Virus record (IMG/VR): IMGVR_UViG_3300031841_004047 | Source of the DNA: a virus | Length of the DNA: 64,000 bases | Direction: 5' to 3' (one strand) | Shown here: positions 6,644-15,266 of the stretch, piece by piece | Numbering within the stretch: the stretch's first letter is position 1 | Layout of the letters: every line of letters begins with the position of its first letter | Notes under the pieces: generated by a model | Database searches by the model: none | Seen by the model: the letters and a program-made list of their open reading frames with translations, nothing else | Told to the model about the DNA's origin: nothing | Translations under genes and position numbers: made by a program

Positions 6644-6978
6644 TGAGTAAGTTTACAAAAGAACAGTTGATATTTTTACAGGAAGTCATCGAATTAGGTA
6701 AGGACGAAGAGGGGCTTCCATATATTTCAAATGTCAGAGGTAATGTCGGCGGTGATGTCTTTGGCAAGATCGGCGGTAGTGTCTTTGGCAAGATCGGCGG
6801 TAGTGTCTGGGATAATATCGAAGGTAATGTCGGCGGTGATATCGAAGGTAATGTCTGGGGTGATGTCTGCGGTTATGTCAGCGGTACTGTCCATGCTCGA
6901 GTGTTAGGGGCACCGTCTTTGGCAAGATCGGGCCGGAACTCTAAGGTGAAACAGGAGAAGAATGATGCGGGACTATGA
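6640..6978 (+). CDS. tetrapeptide-repeat (V.G.) beta-helix-like protein; 3' end probably frameshifted
   Basis: GNVGGDVFGKIGGSV... repeats; a further repeat copy at 6915 lies in another frame. Confidence 0.7.
   Translation: MMSKFTKEQLIFLQEVIELGKDEEGLPYISNVRGNVGGDVFGKIGGSVFGKIGGSVWDNIEGNVGGDIEGNVWGDVCGYVSGTVHARVLGAPSLARSGRNSKVKQEKNDAGL
6733..6900 (+). repeat. 12-bp tandem coding repeats (about 14 units) with an exact 24-bp duplication
   Basis: GTCTTTGGCAAGATCGGCGGTAGT twice; units such as GTCGGCGGTGAT and ATCGAAGGTAAT. Confidence 0.85.
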
Positions 6979-7090
6979 AAATCTAAAACGTGAGGTGAGG
7001 GCCAGAGTACGGCGTGAAATTTACACACACATTATAATTATACTGCTAGTTCTCGGTCCTCTGATATTTTTAGGTTATTTTGATGTCTAA
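6962..7090 (+). CDS. small membrane protein (42 aa)
   Basis: Hand-translated MMRDYENLKREVRARVRREIYTHIIIILLVLGPLIFLGYFDV*; AGGAG RBS. Confidence 0.7.
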   Translation: MMRDYENLKREVRARVRREIYTHIIIILLVLGPLIFLGYFDV

Positions 7091-7099
7091 AGGAGAAGA

Positions 7100-7429
7100 A
7101 TGATGAGCGACTATAAACCTGACAACTGGGTCATTATCAAAATCAAAGGAGATAATCCACATTATCGTGTTCTTGCTGGTTGGTCAGGTGGTTATACAAC
7201 TGGCAGTTCTTGGAAAATGAATAGTGGTATTATAAAGGTAAATGAAACTGACGATTACTACTATTTCAAAGGCTCTAGCGGTTCTGATTATCGGTGTAAT
7301 AAAGAGTCCTATATGCTGAGAATGAACAATGCGCACATTTGGACACAACTGCAAGAACTGCATGGTGATAAAGTAGAGTTGATGCCAGAAGATACTGACT
7401 GGATGAATATGGATTGGATTATAAAATGA
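7100..7429 (+). CDS. widespread phage hypothetical protein (PDNWVIIKI...LAGWSGGY...SWKMNSG)
   Basis: ORF track, AGGAG RBS, familiar phage motif. Confidence 0.85.
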   Translation: MMSDYKPDNWVIIKIKGDNPHYRVLAGWSGGYTTGSSWKMNSGIIKVNETDDYYYFKGSSGSDYRCNKESYMLRMNNAHIWTQLQELHGDKVELMPEDTDWMNMDWIIK

Positions 7430-7659
7430 AAGTCTATGTCAAAACATCGAGCTTTGAATCCTCAGACTTCAACCCCTATGGAAGATTTGTTCACTATACT
7501 ATAACTGACAACGACCTTTACTTCGCAAATAGGCTTACACAGTGGATGATTGATAAAAGTGGCATTGATGCACAAGTTGGGTATTTACATTTCAGCTCAA
7601 CTAGCTTACATTGCTTTGAGAATGATCGCTGGGCACTTGGCCAGCTAATAGGAGAATAA
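7426..7659 (+). CDS. hypothetical protein
   Basis: ORF track; start moved to ATG 7426 overlapping the previous gene's end. Confidence 0.65.
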   Translation: MKVYVKTSSFESSDFNPYGRFVHYTITDNDLYFANRLTQWMIDKSGIDAQVGYLHFSSTSLHCFENDRWALGQLIGE

Positions 7660-7660
7660 T

Positions 7661-8152
7661 ATGTCGAAAATGAACCCAGCTCTTCGAAAATCCGGTAATA
7701 ATGAAATTTATACCCCAGAGTGGTGCGCAAAGGATATGATCAATTATTTCAATCCCTCTGGCAAGATTTTAGAACCATGTAGGGGCGGTGGGGTTTTTAC
7801 CGATCTTCTCCCTACTGCTGATTGGTGTGAAATTAACGAAGGTAAAGATTTTTTTGATTATGAGAACAACGTAGACTGGATTATTAGTAACCCGCCATAT
7901 TCATTAATCCGATTATTCGTTTTACATTCTTTTAAAATCAGTGATAATATAGTATACCTGATCCCCACCTGGAAGGCTTTTAATGCCTACGGTTTGGTGA
8001 AAGAAACTAATAGATATGGTGGAATTAAAGAAATGCGCCATTATGGCACTGGATCTAAATTAGGGTTTCCAATGGGTAACGGTATCAGTGCTATATACTG
8101 GAAACGAAATTATTCCGGCCCGACATATACGTCATTTTACGAGGAAGAATGA
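7661..8152 (+). CDS. orphan amino-DNA methyltransferase (probably N6-adenine)
   Basis: IYTP, motif I variant ILEPCRGGGVF, motif IV ISNPPYS. Confidence 0.85.
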   Translation: MSKMNPALRKSGNNEIYTPEWCAKDMINYFNPSGKILEPCRGGGVFTDLLPTADWCEINEGKDFFDYENNVDWIISNPPYSLIRLFVLHSFKISDNIVYLIPTWKAFNAYGLVKETNRYGGIKEMRHYGTGSKLGFPMGNGISAIYWKRNYSGPTYTSFYEEE

Positions 8153-8247
8153 TATGTCATGCTGGACCGTTTGACAGCACCCATGAGGCTGTTGAGTGGG
8201 CACTTGATGCTGGATATGAAGGGTTCGAAATATTGGAGAATGAATAA
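8149..8247 (+). CDS. hypothetical peptide (32 aa)
   Basis: Hand-translated MICHAGPFDSTHEAVEWALDAGYEGFEILENE*; overlaps both neighbours. Confidence 0.5.
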   Translation: MICHAGPFDSTHEAVEWALDAGYEGFEILENE

Positions 8248-8624
8248 TGACAAGATTATTAAAGAATATAGAAGCAAAGATGACTAATAGGAGAGATTAT
8301 ATTCCTAGTCCTTTAGAGTATATACGTTTTGATGATGAACCTATCGAGGTGTTTAGCGACATTGGTAGAGAATTAAGAGTTGAAATGCGAATAGGTAGTT
8401 CTCAAATTATTCCTGAAAAGTATATTAATACTGCTACTGGTGATATGATGATTGAAGAGAGTAAGGAAATAATTGGTCGTGCTATTAGTGAACATGTGTA
8501 TGGTGAGTTAAGAGAAAGATTATATGAACTTTCTATTGAGTTACGAAGAAGTGGTTCTTATAATAAAAGACCAAATGAGATAGTTGAAGAATTAATTGAG
8601 ATGATAACTTATAGAAGGAATTAA
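8247..8624 (+). CDS. hypothetical protein
   Basis: ORF track, coupled start. Confidence 0.75.
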   Translation: MTRLLKNIEAKMTNRRDYIPSPLEYIRFDDEPIEVFSDIGRELRVEMRIGSSQIIPEKYINTATGDMMIEESKEIIGRAISEHVYGELRERLYELSIELRRSGSYNKRPNEIVEELIEMITYRRN

Positions 8625-8661
8625 AAAATGAAATATCAAATCGATGACGATAAGGAGAAGA

Positions 8662-8922
8662 ATGATGAATAAAGAAATACGTAATAGGATTCGTCTTTCG
8701 GTAGCAGCTTATGCTTATGAGTTTAAAGACGATCCTATCATGTCTGATGATGAGTTTGACACCTTATCAAAGTCGATTGATACCTCAGTATCAACCGGCC
8801 ACAAAAAACTAGATAAGTTCTTCAGAGAACATTTTGAACCGGATACTGGTATGTGGATCAGAAAACATCCTGATCTGCATGGTATTCAATACATCTATGA
8901 GAGAGTATGGAAAAATGTCTAA
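8662..8922 (+). CDS. stand-alone NAD-dependent DNA ligase subdomain Ia-like protein
   Basis: AAYAYEFKDDPIMSDDEFDTL resembles the LigA Ia YY..D.P.ISD.EYD.L motif; AGGAG RBS before ATG 8662. Confidence 0.65.
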   Translation: MMNKEIRNRIRLSVAAYAYEFKDDPIMSDDEFDTLSKSIDTSVSTGHKKLDKFFREHFEPDTGMWIRKHPDLHGIQYIYERVWKNV

Positions 8923-9112
8923 GGGTTCTAAAGTATGGAAGTCTGAAACAATAAAAACACGTAAGCACTGGGCGGTGGGTACTGTTTGGAACGTAAGATC
9001 ATCCAACGGAAAAGATGTATATGACATTGAGATGCTGGACAGTGGATTCACTTGTGACTGTCCAGCGTTTCGTAAATGTAAGCATATAAAACAAGTGGAG
9101 GCAAATTTTTAA
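8915..9112 (+). CDS. SWIM zinc-finger protein
   Basis: FTCDCPAFRKCKHIK = CxC-x-CKH SWIM signature; start moved to ATG 8915. Confidence 0.75.
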   Translation: MSKGSKVWKSETIKTRKHWAVGTVWNVRSSNGKDVYDIEMLDSGFTCDCPAFRKCKHIKQVEANF

Positions 9113-9118
9113 AAAACT

Positions 9119-9148
9119 GTTTACTTATTACTCATTTTATGATAGAAT
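9119..9148 (+). promoter_or_regulatory. T4-like early promoter
   Basis: A-tract, GTTTAC, 17-nt spacer, TGn-TAGAAT. Confidence 0.75.
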
Positions 9149-9180
9149 AATGACTAATAATAAAGTGAAAAGGTTTTGAT

Positions 9181-9513
9181 ATGACTATGCATCTTGTACG
9201 TGGTATGTCTACCACAAGCACTAAGAAAAGAAAAATGAACAGGAAACCAGGCTGGAAAGCGGCAGTTTCTGAGCATGAAGAATTTCTAAAAAGAATGGGT
9301 GTCAAAGGTAAATCTAATTACAGGTCAGAACTTCCAGATCTTTCAACTGGTCCAAGAGTAACAAGTGATAAGATCCCAGGAAACGGTTGCAGAAAACAAT
9401 CAAATAAATACTCAGGTGAAGAGATTATGGGTATCGTAACAACCCATAAATCTAACATTATGCCAGTATCTAACAAAAGAGATGCAGTAGCAGCATCACA
9501 AATGAGGAGATGA
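9181..9513 (+). CDS. conserved hypothetical protein of T4-like phages (GI...HKSN..PV)
   Basis: ORF track, motif recalled. Confidence 0.8.
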   Translation: MTMHLVRGMSTTSTKKRKMNRKPGWKAAVSEHEEFLKRMGVKGKSNYRSELPDLSTGPRVTSDKIPGNGCRKQSNKYSGEEIMGIVTTHKSNIMPVSNKRDAVAASQMRR

Positions 9514-9746
9514 TGTTTTCAGTAGAAACCGAGTTTGATTATACTATTATTACAATATTAGATAATAAAAATAAGTATGAGGATGTTCAGTACATATTGA
9601 GCGATGATAAAGTCTATATTAGACAGTTTAATGAAGAACATGACGCTTTTGAAGTTATCGAAATGTCAGCTGCGATGTTCAATGAGATGGGATTAGCCAT
9701 GAAAAAAACTGATGGTGTATACCTTACGGAGTATGTAAATAAATGA
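9510..9746 (+). CDS. hypothetical protein
   Basis: ORF track, GAGGAG RBS, ATGA overlap. Confidence 0.75.
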   Translation: MMFSVETEFDYTIITILDNKNKYEDVQYILSDDKVYIRQFNEEHDAFEVIEMSAAMFNEMGLAMKKTDGVYLTEYVNK

Positions 9747-10081
9747 CTGGAATGTTTTATGATTTGGAGGACTACAGAGAAATGAAGATTGTTGATACAG
9801 CTATAATTCCTTTTAAAAGAGAAGAAGTAATAGCATTACTGGAAAAATATACAGCCTTAGTTAAATTCAAAAAAGTTAACGGGGATATGAGAGAAATGAA
9901 TTGTACCCTTATCAAGGATATAATTCCTCCGGCTACTAAAACCGATGAGCTTTCCCAAAAGAAAATTAGAAACTTAAATGAAGAAGTTCTTGCGGTATGG
10001 GATATCGAAAAGGAAGGTTGGCGTTCATTTAGAATAGAAAATGTTGTTTCTATTGAGTATCAAATGGAAGAAATATTATAA
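9743..10081 (+). CDS. WYL_2/DUF2693-like SH3-barrel protein
   Basis: VKFKKVNGDMREMNCTL...VWDIEKEGWRSFRIENV. Confidence 0.7.
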   Translation: MTGMFYDLEDYREMKIVDTAIIPFKREEVIALLEKYTALVKFKKVNGDMREMNCTLIKDIIPPATKTDELSQKKIRNLNEEVLAVWDIEKEGWRSFRIENVVSIEYQMEEIL

Positions 10082-10084
10082 ATA
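10077..10084 (+). promoter_or_regulatory. T4 late promoter TATAAATA
   Basis: Exact consensus upstream of 10102. Confidence 0.55.
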
Positions 10085-10101
10085 GCATTAAAGGAGTTTT
10101 C

Positions 10102-10338
10102 ATGCTAGGTATTGATCCATTCATTATATCAATGATAGCTTTTGCGGTTACTTTCTACTGCGCTTATGAGATCGGTAGAGGTGAAAGAAAAAAAGATATA
10201 GAGGACGCCATAGAAAATACTATCCTCTACATGGTTCATAATAACTTTGTAAAATTTACTAGAGACGAAGACGGAGAAATCGAGATACATTCGATAGATG
10301 ACGTCACGGTAACAAAATTATCACAGTTAGAAAAATAA
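10102..10338 (+). CDS. small membrane-anchored hypothetical protein
   Basis: N-terminal hydrophobic helix; AGGAG RBS. Confidence 0.75.
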   Translation: MLGIDPFIISMIAFAVTFYCAYEIGRGERKKDIEDAIENTILYMVHNNFVKFTRDEDGEIEIHSIDDVTVTKLSQLEK

Positions 10339-10359
10339 TTCATGAAAAGTAAAATAACT

Positions 10360-10389
10360 GTTTACATTGCCTTCAATGTATGGTAGATT
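10360..10389 (+). promoter_or_regulatory. T4-like early promoter
   Basis: A-tract, GTTTAC, 17-nt spacer, TGn-TAGATT. Confidence 0.7.
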
Positions 10390-10415
10390 AGTATCAAATG
10401 TTGAAGGAGAACACT

Positions 10416-10589
10416 ATGCAGTATTTTTTGGTAACAGCTTCAAACGCGAAAGGTGATTCAGTATCTTTGAAGTTTGAATTGAGTCAAGCAGCTCACGTCA
10501 TGCATAAAAAATTATGGAATGAACTTGATGATAACGGTGATCTTAAGTGGGGTACAGTTCGTACTACTGTATTAGAGGAGGCAGCGTAA
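10416..10589 (+). CDS. hypothetical protein
   Basis: Start moved to ATG 10416 after AAGGAG. Confidence 0.7.
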   Translation: MQYFLVTASNAKGDSVSLKFELSQAAHVMHKKLWNELDDNGDLKWGTVRTTVLEEAA

Positions 10590-10678
10590 TGACTTTTAAT
10601 CAAGTATTATTTGCATTATGGCTAGGGTTAGGAATGATTCTGATTGATGTCTACTTTATCCCAGGAGGTATGTACTGA
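10589..10678 (+). CDS. single-TM peptide (29 aa)
   Basis: Hand-translated MTFNQVLFALWLGLGMILIDVYFIPGGMY*; coupled at both ends. Confidence 0.6.
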   Translation: MTFNQVLFALWLGLGMILIDVYFIPGGMY

Positions 10679-11757
10679 TGGCTAAGAAAGCAAAGAAAGT
10701 TTATTCACGCAGAACAAATACTGGTATTGCCGCTGCTCCTACTTCAAGCTTTACTCACTTCAATGATTACATCCGTCTTGAAGTTGATAAGAAAGAAATT
10801 GCTTCAACCATTAAAGCTTTCATTAAAGCAAACTTTTCAAGACAAGACTATCGCAACGCACAGGCTGCGCCGGACTGGTCTTTCACCGCAACTCTTGCAT
10901 CCACGATAGCATGGAAAGCACTCGATAAAGTATTCCCCAGCAATTGGGATTCAGCACGAGTCATTCAAGAAAAATGTGCTGAGATTATCGAACGTGGTAT
11001 CCAAAAGCAGGATAAGAAAGAAGAAAACACTGATACGAATAAAAGAACGATAGCTGATATCGTTAAGGAACGTACTTCTGATTTTATTGGCATGATCGAA
11101 GAATTCGTTGATGCTAATGAAGAAGTATCTGTATATGATGAACTGAAGAAGATTGATGCTCCTAACAACACTGCTAAAGCAGTGTATGACTACTATCTTC
11201 CTCAGCGTGATGAGATCAAGGAACTTGTAGAGAAGAAAACTTCTGACCTAGTTGAGGCATATAACCATATGTCCAGACCAGAACAGAAAGCTTATCTAAA
11301 ATACCTTGATAATATATTAACTGATGCTGAACGCTACATGGCCTCAAAGAAAGCACAACGTAAGTCTCGTGCTCCAAAGGTTAAGAGCGCAGATGTTCAA
11401 GTTAAGAAGATGAACTACTTAAAGGAATCTAAAGAGCACAAACTCGTGTCAATCAATCCATCGTCTATCGTTGGTGCACAACGAGTCTACCTCTTTAATG
11501 CCAAGTATCGTACTATCACTGAACTAGTTAACATGTCTCCTTCTGGTTTTGAAGTCAGTGGTAGTACGATCAAGGGTATAGATCTTGAAGCTTCACGTCA
11601 AGTCAAACTGCGTAAGCCAGAAGAGTTCCTTTCAGTTGTATTGAAAAAGTCTCCTACTCAGATTAATAAAGAATGGAGTCAACTCACAACTAAATCTTCG
11701 CCAGCCAATGGCAGGGTTAATAAAGAAACTATTATACTAAGGGCTTTAGATAAATGA
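10678..11757 (+). CDS. conserved hypothetical protein upstream of gp33 in marine T4-like phages
   Basis: ORF track, 359 aa, AGGAGG RBS, synteny. Confidence 0.85.
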   Translation: MAKKAKKVYSRRTNTGIAAAPTSSFTHFNDYIRLEVDKKEIASTIKAFIKANFSRQDYRNAQAAPDWSFTATLASTIAWKALDKVFPSNWDSARVIQEKCAEIIERGIQKQDKKEENTDTNKRTIADIVKERTSDFIGMIEEFVDANEEVSVYDELKKIDAPNNTAKAVYDYYLPQRDEIKELVEKKTSDLVEAYNHMSRPEQKAYLKYLDNILTDAERYMASKKAQRKSRAPKVKSADVQVKKMNYLKESKEHKLVSINPSSIVGAQRVYLFNAKYRTITELVNMSPSGFEVSGSTIKGIDLEASRQVKLRKPEEFLSVVLKKSPTQINKEWSQLTTKSSPANGRVNKETIILRALDK

Positions 11758-11987
11758 TAGAACAAGAAAACTTCATGAGCAGATTAAAATTCAGTAAACT
11801 AATTGAAGCACAAGTACTCGAGAAAAAACTTGGGTATATAGATGCAGTCGTTGAAGCATGTGAGATTACTAATATTGATCCGCAAGACGTAAAGAAATTC
11901 ATATCACCAGTAATTAAGGAGAAGATCGAAGCCGAGGCCAGAAAATTAAATTTTTTGCCTAAACAAAATGAACTACTTTTCGAATAA
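11754..11987 (+). CDS. gp33: late-transcription coactivator gp33
   Basis: FSKLIE...YIDAVV..CE...ID...IS..IKEKIEAEA..LN.L; sits just before gp32. Confidence 0.85.
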   Translation: MIEQENFMSRLKFSKLIEAQVLEKKLGYIDAVVEACEITNIDPQDVKKFISPVIKEKIEAEARKLNFLPKQNELLFE

Positions 11988-11992
11988 ATAAA

Positions 11993-12021
11993 TGTACATT
12001 ACAGTCAAAATAGTGTATAAT
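11993..12021 (+). promoter_or_regulatory. sigma70-type promoter for gp32 with AT-rich unstructured leader
   Basis: TGTACA-17-TATAAT with extended TG. Confidence 0.65.
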
Positions 12022-12067
12022 ATAAAACATAATACAGCAAATAATTCAGCATATAAGGAGAATACAT

Positions 12068-12988
12068 ATGTCTTTTGCAAATCTTAAACGCAACCGCAAC
12101 GCAATTGAACAATTAGTTAAAGCGGCGGAGGCCACCGGCGGTGGTCAAACTCAAAACAGATACGAAGATAATCGTATGTGGAAACCTACAGTAGATAAAG
12201 CCAACAATGGTTATGCTGTAATTAGATTCCTTCCAGCAAGTGAAGGGTCAGACCTCCCTTGGACAAAGTATTGGGATCATGGGTTTAAGGGCCCAACTGG
12301 TCGTTGGTATATCGAACGGTCATTGACATCTATTGGACAAAACGATCCAGTCGGTGAACTTAACAGTCGTCTTTGGAACTCAGGTATTGAAGCCGATAAA
12401 GAAGTTGCTCGTCGTCAAAAACGTCGGTTACATTATGTTTCAAACGTCCTTGTGATCAATGATCCGGGTAATCCAGAAAATGAAGGTAAAGTGTTTCTTT
12501 TTCAGTATGGTAAGAAGATCTTTGATAAGCTTATGGACTCTATGCAACCAGACTTTGAAGATGAAACACCAGTCAACCCATTCGACTTTTGGGAGGGTGC
12601 TAACTTTAAATTAAAAATTCGTGATGTTGAAGGTTATCGTAACTATGATAAGTCTGAGTTTGCTGGTCAATCTGCGTTATCTCAGGATGACGGCTATCTT
12701 GAAGAGATCTATAATAAAATGCATGATTTGCAAGAGTTTACTGATCCAAAGAACTACAAGACCTATGATGAGTTAAAAGCAAAACTCATGGCTGTCCTTG
12801 GAGAACAAGCTGAAGCTGGTGCTCCAAGAGTAAAAGAAATGGCTACATTAGAAGATGAGATTCCGGCTTTTGAAGAAAAGTCGATGTCTCCGTCTGAGCC
12901 TCCTACCGCAGCGGCAGCATCATCCGCTTCAACAGACGCAGATGATGACATCATGGCACACTTTGCTAACCTAGTTAACGAAGACTAA
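12068..12988 (+). CDS. gp32: single-stranded DNA-binding protein gp32
   Basis: D.RMWKP..DKA.NGYAVIRFLP, HGFKGPTG.WYIE, GKVFLFQYGKKIFDK, FWEGANFKLKIR, acidic tail. Confidence 0.97.
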   Translation: MSFANLKRNRNAIEQLVKAAEATGGGQTQNRYEDNRMWKPTVDKANNGYAVIRFLPASEGSDLPWTKYWDHGFKGPTGRWYIERSLTSIGQNDPVGELNSRLWNSGIEADKEVARRQKRRLHYVSNVLVINDPGNPENEGKVFLFQYGKKIFDKLMDSMQPDFEDETPVNPFDFWEGANFKLKIRDVEGYRNYDKSEFAGQSALSQDDGYLEEIYNKMHDLQEFTDPKNYKTYDELKAKLMAVLGEQAEAGAPRVKEMATLEDEIPAFEEKSMSPSEPPTAAAASSASTDADDDIMAHFANLVNED

Positions 12989-15093
12989 AACATATTATCA
13001 TAAACATTGACGGTACTCGGTGCACTTCCACTGAGTACCGTTGTGTTTGAAGTATTAGAAACATTTTGTCTAGATGAAGCATCTACAATTGGATTTTGAC
13101 TAACGCTTTTATTAGCAACCATTTGAGTTATAAATTGTTGTAATTCTTGTAATTTATCACCTTGCGCGCTTCTTAATTTTTCTACACCGGCTTCAGTAAG
13201 AACAATTCTACTAGCACCTTCACCAGTTAATTTTCCACTAGCATCCTTTTTACCGACAAAATCAGTGGTAAAATCAGTACCTTCTTTTAGACCAAGTTCT
13301 CTTCTTAGTTTTCTAAGTTGACCACTTCCGCCTGCTGTTGCAAATCTTAAGCTTTCAACTGTATTTGATAGGGATGTCTTTCTTCTGTTTATTCCAAGTT
13401 GAGACAAACCTGTTAAATAAGATGTTCTTCGTGCATCCTCAATAGCATTTTCTAGTTCTCTCGCTTCTTGCTCTTTTTGACGTTTTAGTCGTTCATTAGC
13501 ACCGGCCTGAGATCCATCACCAATTAACGGAAGTTTATCAGCTCTGATAGCACGTTCTAGTGCTCCTTCCGTTTGACCGAAATAAGCACTGCCTGTTGTC
13601 ACTTCTTTCAAGTTTCTTAATCTCTCTAGGCTAAAATCTGTAAATCTAGAAGTCATATCTGTTGGAAGATTAGTTCCAGCAGAGTAGTTAACTCCCTTTG
13701 ATACTAAATCAGCAACAAATGGTATAGTAGCTAAAAGACCTACAATTCCCTTTTCCCCGACGGTGCTTCCTAACTCTGTATTCTTTTTATCTCCAACAGC
13801 TGCAGCAAGTTCAACAAATGCTCCAGCTGGTCCTAGTACTTTTGCTCCTTTACCAATAACTTTTCCAGCACCTTTAGTTAAAGCCTTAGCTTTACTAGGT
13901 TTGACTTCTGGCTCTGGTATTTCATTAAAGTTAGCTGGAACTCTTCCTTCAGCAATCGTAATTCTTTCTTGTATGGCTCTGTCAGCACCCATTCGAGTAT
14001 AAGCGTTAACCAGCTTTGCCCTTTGTGCTGCCGCCGAATTCTTTTTAGCAGCCTGATCGAAAAGAGATTCATCAAGTTGATCAGAGGCTAAAGTAGCGGC
14101 TTTTGTAGTTCTATAGGCATTTCCAGCAGAGGTATTTGTATCCTTTACTATTTCATTAAGGTTAGCTGGAACTCTTCCTTCAGCAATCGCAATTCTAGCA
14201 CTTTCAGCCCTACCAGCACCCATTCGAGTATAAGCGTTAACCAGCTTTGCCCTTTGTGCTGCTGCTGCCGCCGAATTCTTTTTAGCAGCCTGATCGAAAA
14301 AAGATTCATCGAGGTTTTGGGAAGCTTTAGACAACCTTTCCCTTTCTGCTGCCGCAGCTCTAGCTCTCTCCTCCCTCAGCCTTTTAGCTTCTTCTTCTGG
14401 AGTCTCTCCTGTTGTTGTTTTTGTGTCTGTTTTTGTGTCAATATCTGCTTTAAATAGATCAAATGCTTTTTTAGCAACAATTACACTTGTAGCTAATCCA
14501 GCTATCCCTCCCAGTAATTTTTTCCACGGAATATTAAAACCTTTTTTATCTTTCGTTTCATCAGTAGATACTTGCCCAGCTCCTGGTCTACTACCTATGG
14601 AACTCTCTTTTCCTCTTTCTCTTCTATCTTCAAGAGCGTCTAGGTTTTTTTCCCTCATTCTCTTCATTTCAGATAAGAATTCAGACCTAAAGAGCTCAAC
14701 CTGCTCTAGTAAAAGCTTCTGTGTTTTTTCTTTGGCGACTACATCAGAGAGGTTATTTAAAGCTTTAGTAGTTCCTCCCCCAAACAATCCTCCCATAGCT
14801 CTAAACGGAGCAGTTGCCGCTGATCCAGCTGCTCTAGTTACTCCCGCCGCAAGCCTATAAGGAGCAGTCGCAACGTTCGCAGCTCCCGCCGCTGCTATTC
14901 TAAAAGGAGCAGTCACACCCCTAACAGTCGCAGAAGCTAATCTAGCTGGAGCAGTAGCTACTGAAGTTACACCTCGTCCAACTGCAGCGGCACCTCTCGC
15001 AACCACACCGGGTCTATTCATTCTAGACTCAATCAACTGATTAGTTCTATTCTGTGACTCTGCTAACTTTAAAATGGCGTCTTCTATTGACAT
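12985..15093 (-). CDS. probable tail tape-measure protein (gp29 equivalent)
   Basis: 702 aa, Ala/Gly-rich helical, 11-residue TAP.R repeats; follows gp26/gp51. Confidence 0.7.
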   Translation of the reverse strand: MSIEDAILKLAESQNRTNQLIESRMNRPGVVARGAAAVGRGVTSVATAPARLASATVRGVTAPFRIAAAGAANVATAPYRLAAGVTRAAGSAATAPFRAMGGLFGGGTTKALNNLSDVVAKEKTQKLLLEQVELFRSEFLSEMKRMREKNLDALEDRRERGKESSIGSRPGAGQVSTDETKDKKGFNIPWKKLLGGIAGLATSVIVAKKAFDLFKADIDTKTDTKTTTGETPEEEAKRLREERARAAAAERERLSKASQNLDESFFDQAAKKNSAAAAAQRAKLVNAYTRMGAGRAESARIAIAEGRVPANLNEIVKDTNTSAGNAYRTTKAATLASDQLDESLFDQAAKKNSAAAQRAKLVNAYTRMGADRAIQERITIAEGRVPANFNEIPEPEVKPSKAKALTKGAGKVIGKGAKVLGPAGAFVELAAAVGDKKNTELGSTVGEKGIVGLLATIPFVADLVSKGVNYSAGTNLPTDMTSRFTDFSLERLRNLKEVTTGSAYFGQTEGALERAIRADKLPLIGDGSQAGANERLKRQKEQEARELENAIEDARRTSYLTGLSQLGINRRKTSLSNTVESLRFATAGGSGQLRKLRRELGLKEGTDFTTDFVGKKDASGKLTGEGASRIVLTEAGVEKLRSAQGDKLQELQQFITQMVANKSVSQNPIVDASSRQNVSNTSNTTVLSGSAPSTVNVYDNMF
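13921..14310 (-). repeat. about 150-bp near-identical direct repeat (period 231 bp) inside tape measure
   Basis: LDES.FDQAAKKNSAAA..QRAKLVNAYTRMGA.RA...I.IAEGRVPAN.NEI twice, conserved at DNA level. Confidence 0.9.
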
Positions 15094-15266
15094 TACCGAT
15101 TCCTATCCGCCTGTTCCTTTAAGTGTTCAATTAACATAGTAAGATAAACTTCCCTTTCCCATGGGATCATATTTTCAAGTTCGTGTAAAGAATATCCGTG
15201 ATGCTGCATAAGCGAAAAATTAGTTTTATAATGGTTCAGTAAAGTGTCATTAGAAGACCATATTAA
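15093..15266 (-). CDS. gp51: gp51-like baseplate hub assembly protein; likely the -1 frameshift extension of gp26
   Basis: Not in ORF track. Frame reads LIWSSNDTLLNHYKTNFSLMQHHGYSLHELENMIPWEREVYLTMLIEHLKEQADRNR*; only ATG (15209) is internal and lacks an RBS; stop overlaps TMP ATG. Confidence 0.8.
   Translation of the reverse strand, partial: LIWSSNDTLLNHYKTNFSLMQHHGYSLHELENMIPWEREVYLTMLIEHLKEQADRNR

Noticed and set aside
12985-12988. Convergent stop-codon overlap of gp32 and the tape measure without a terminator
   Set aside because: Reflects compact packing at an early/late block boundary; no further structure seen
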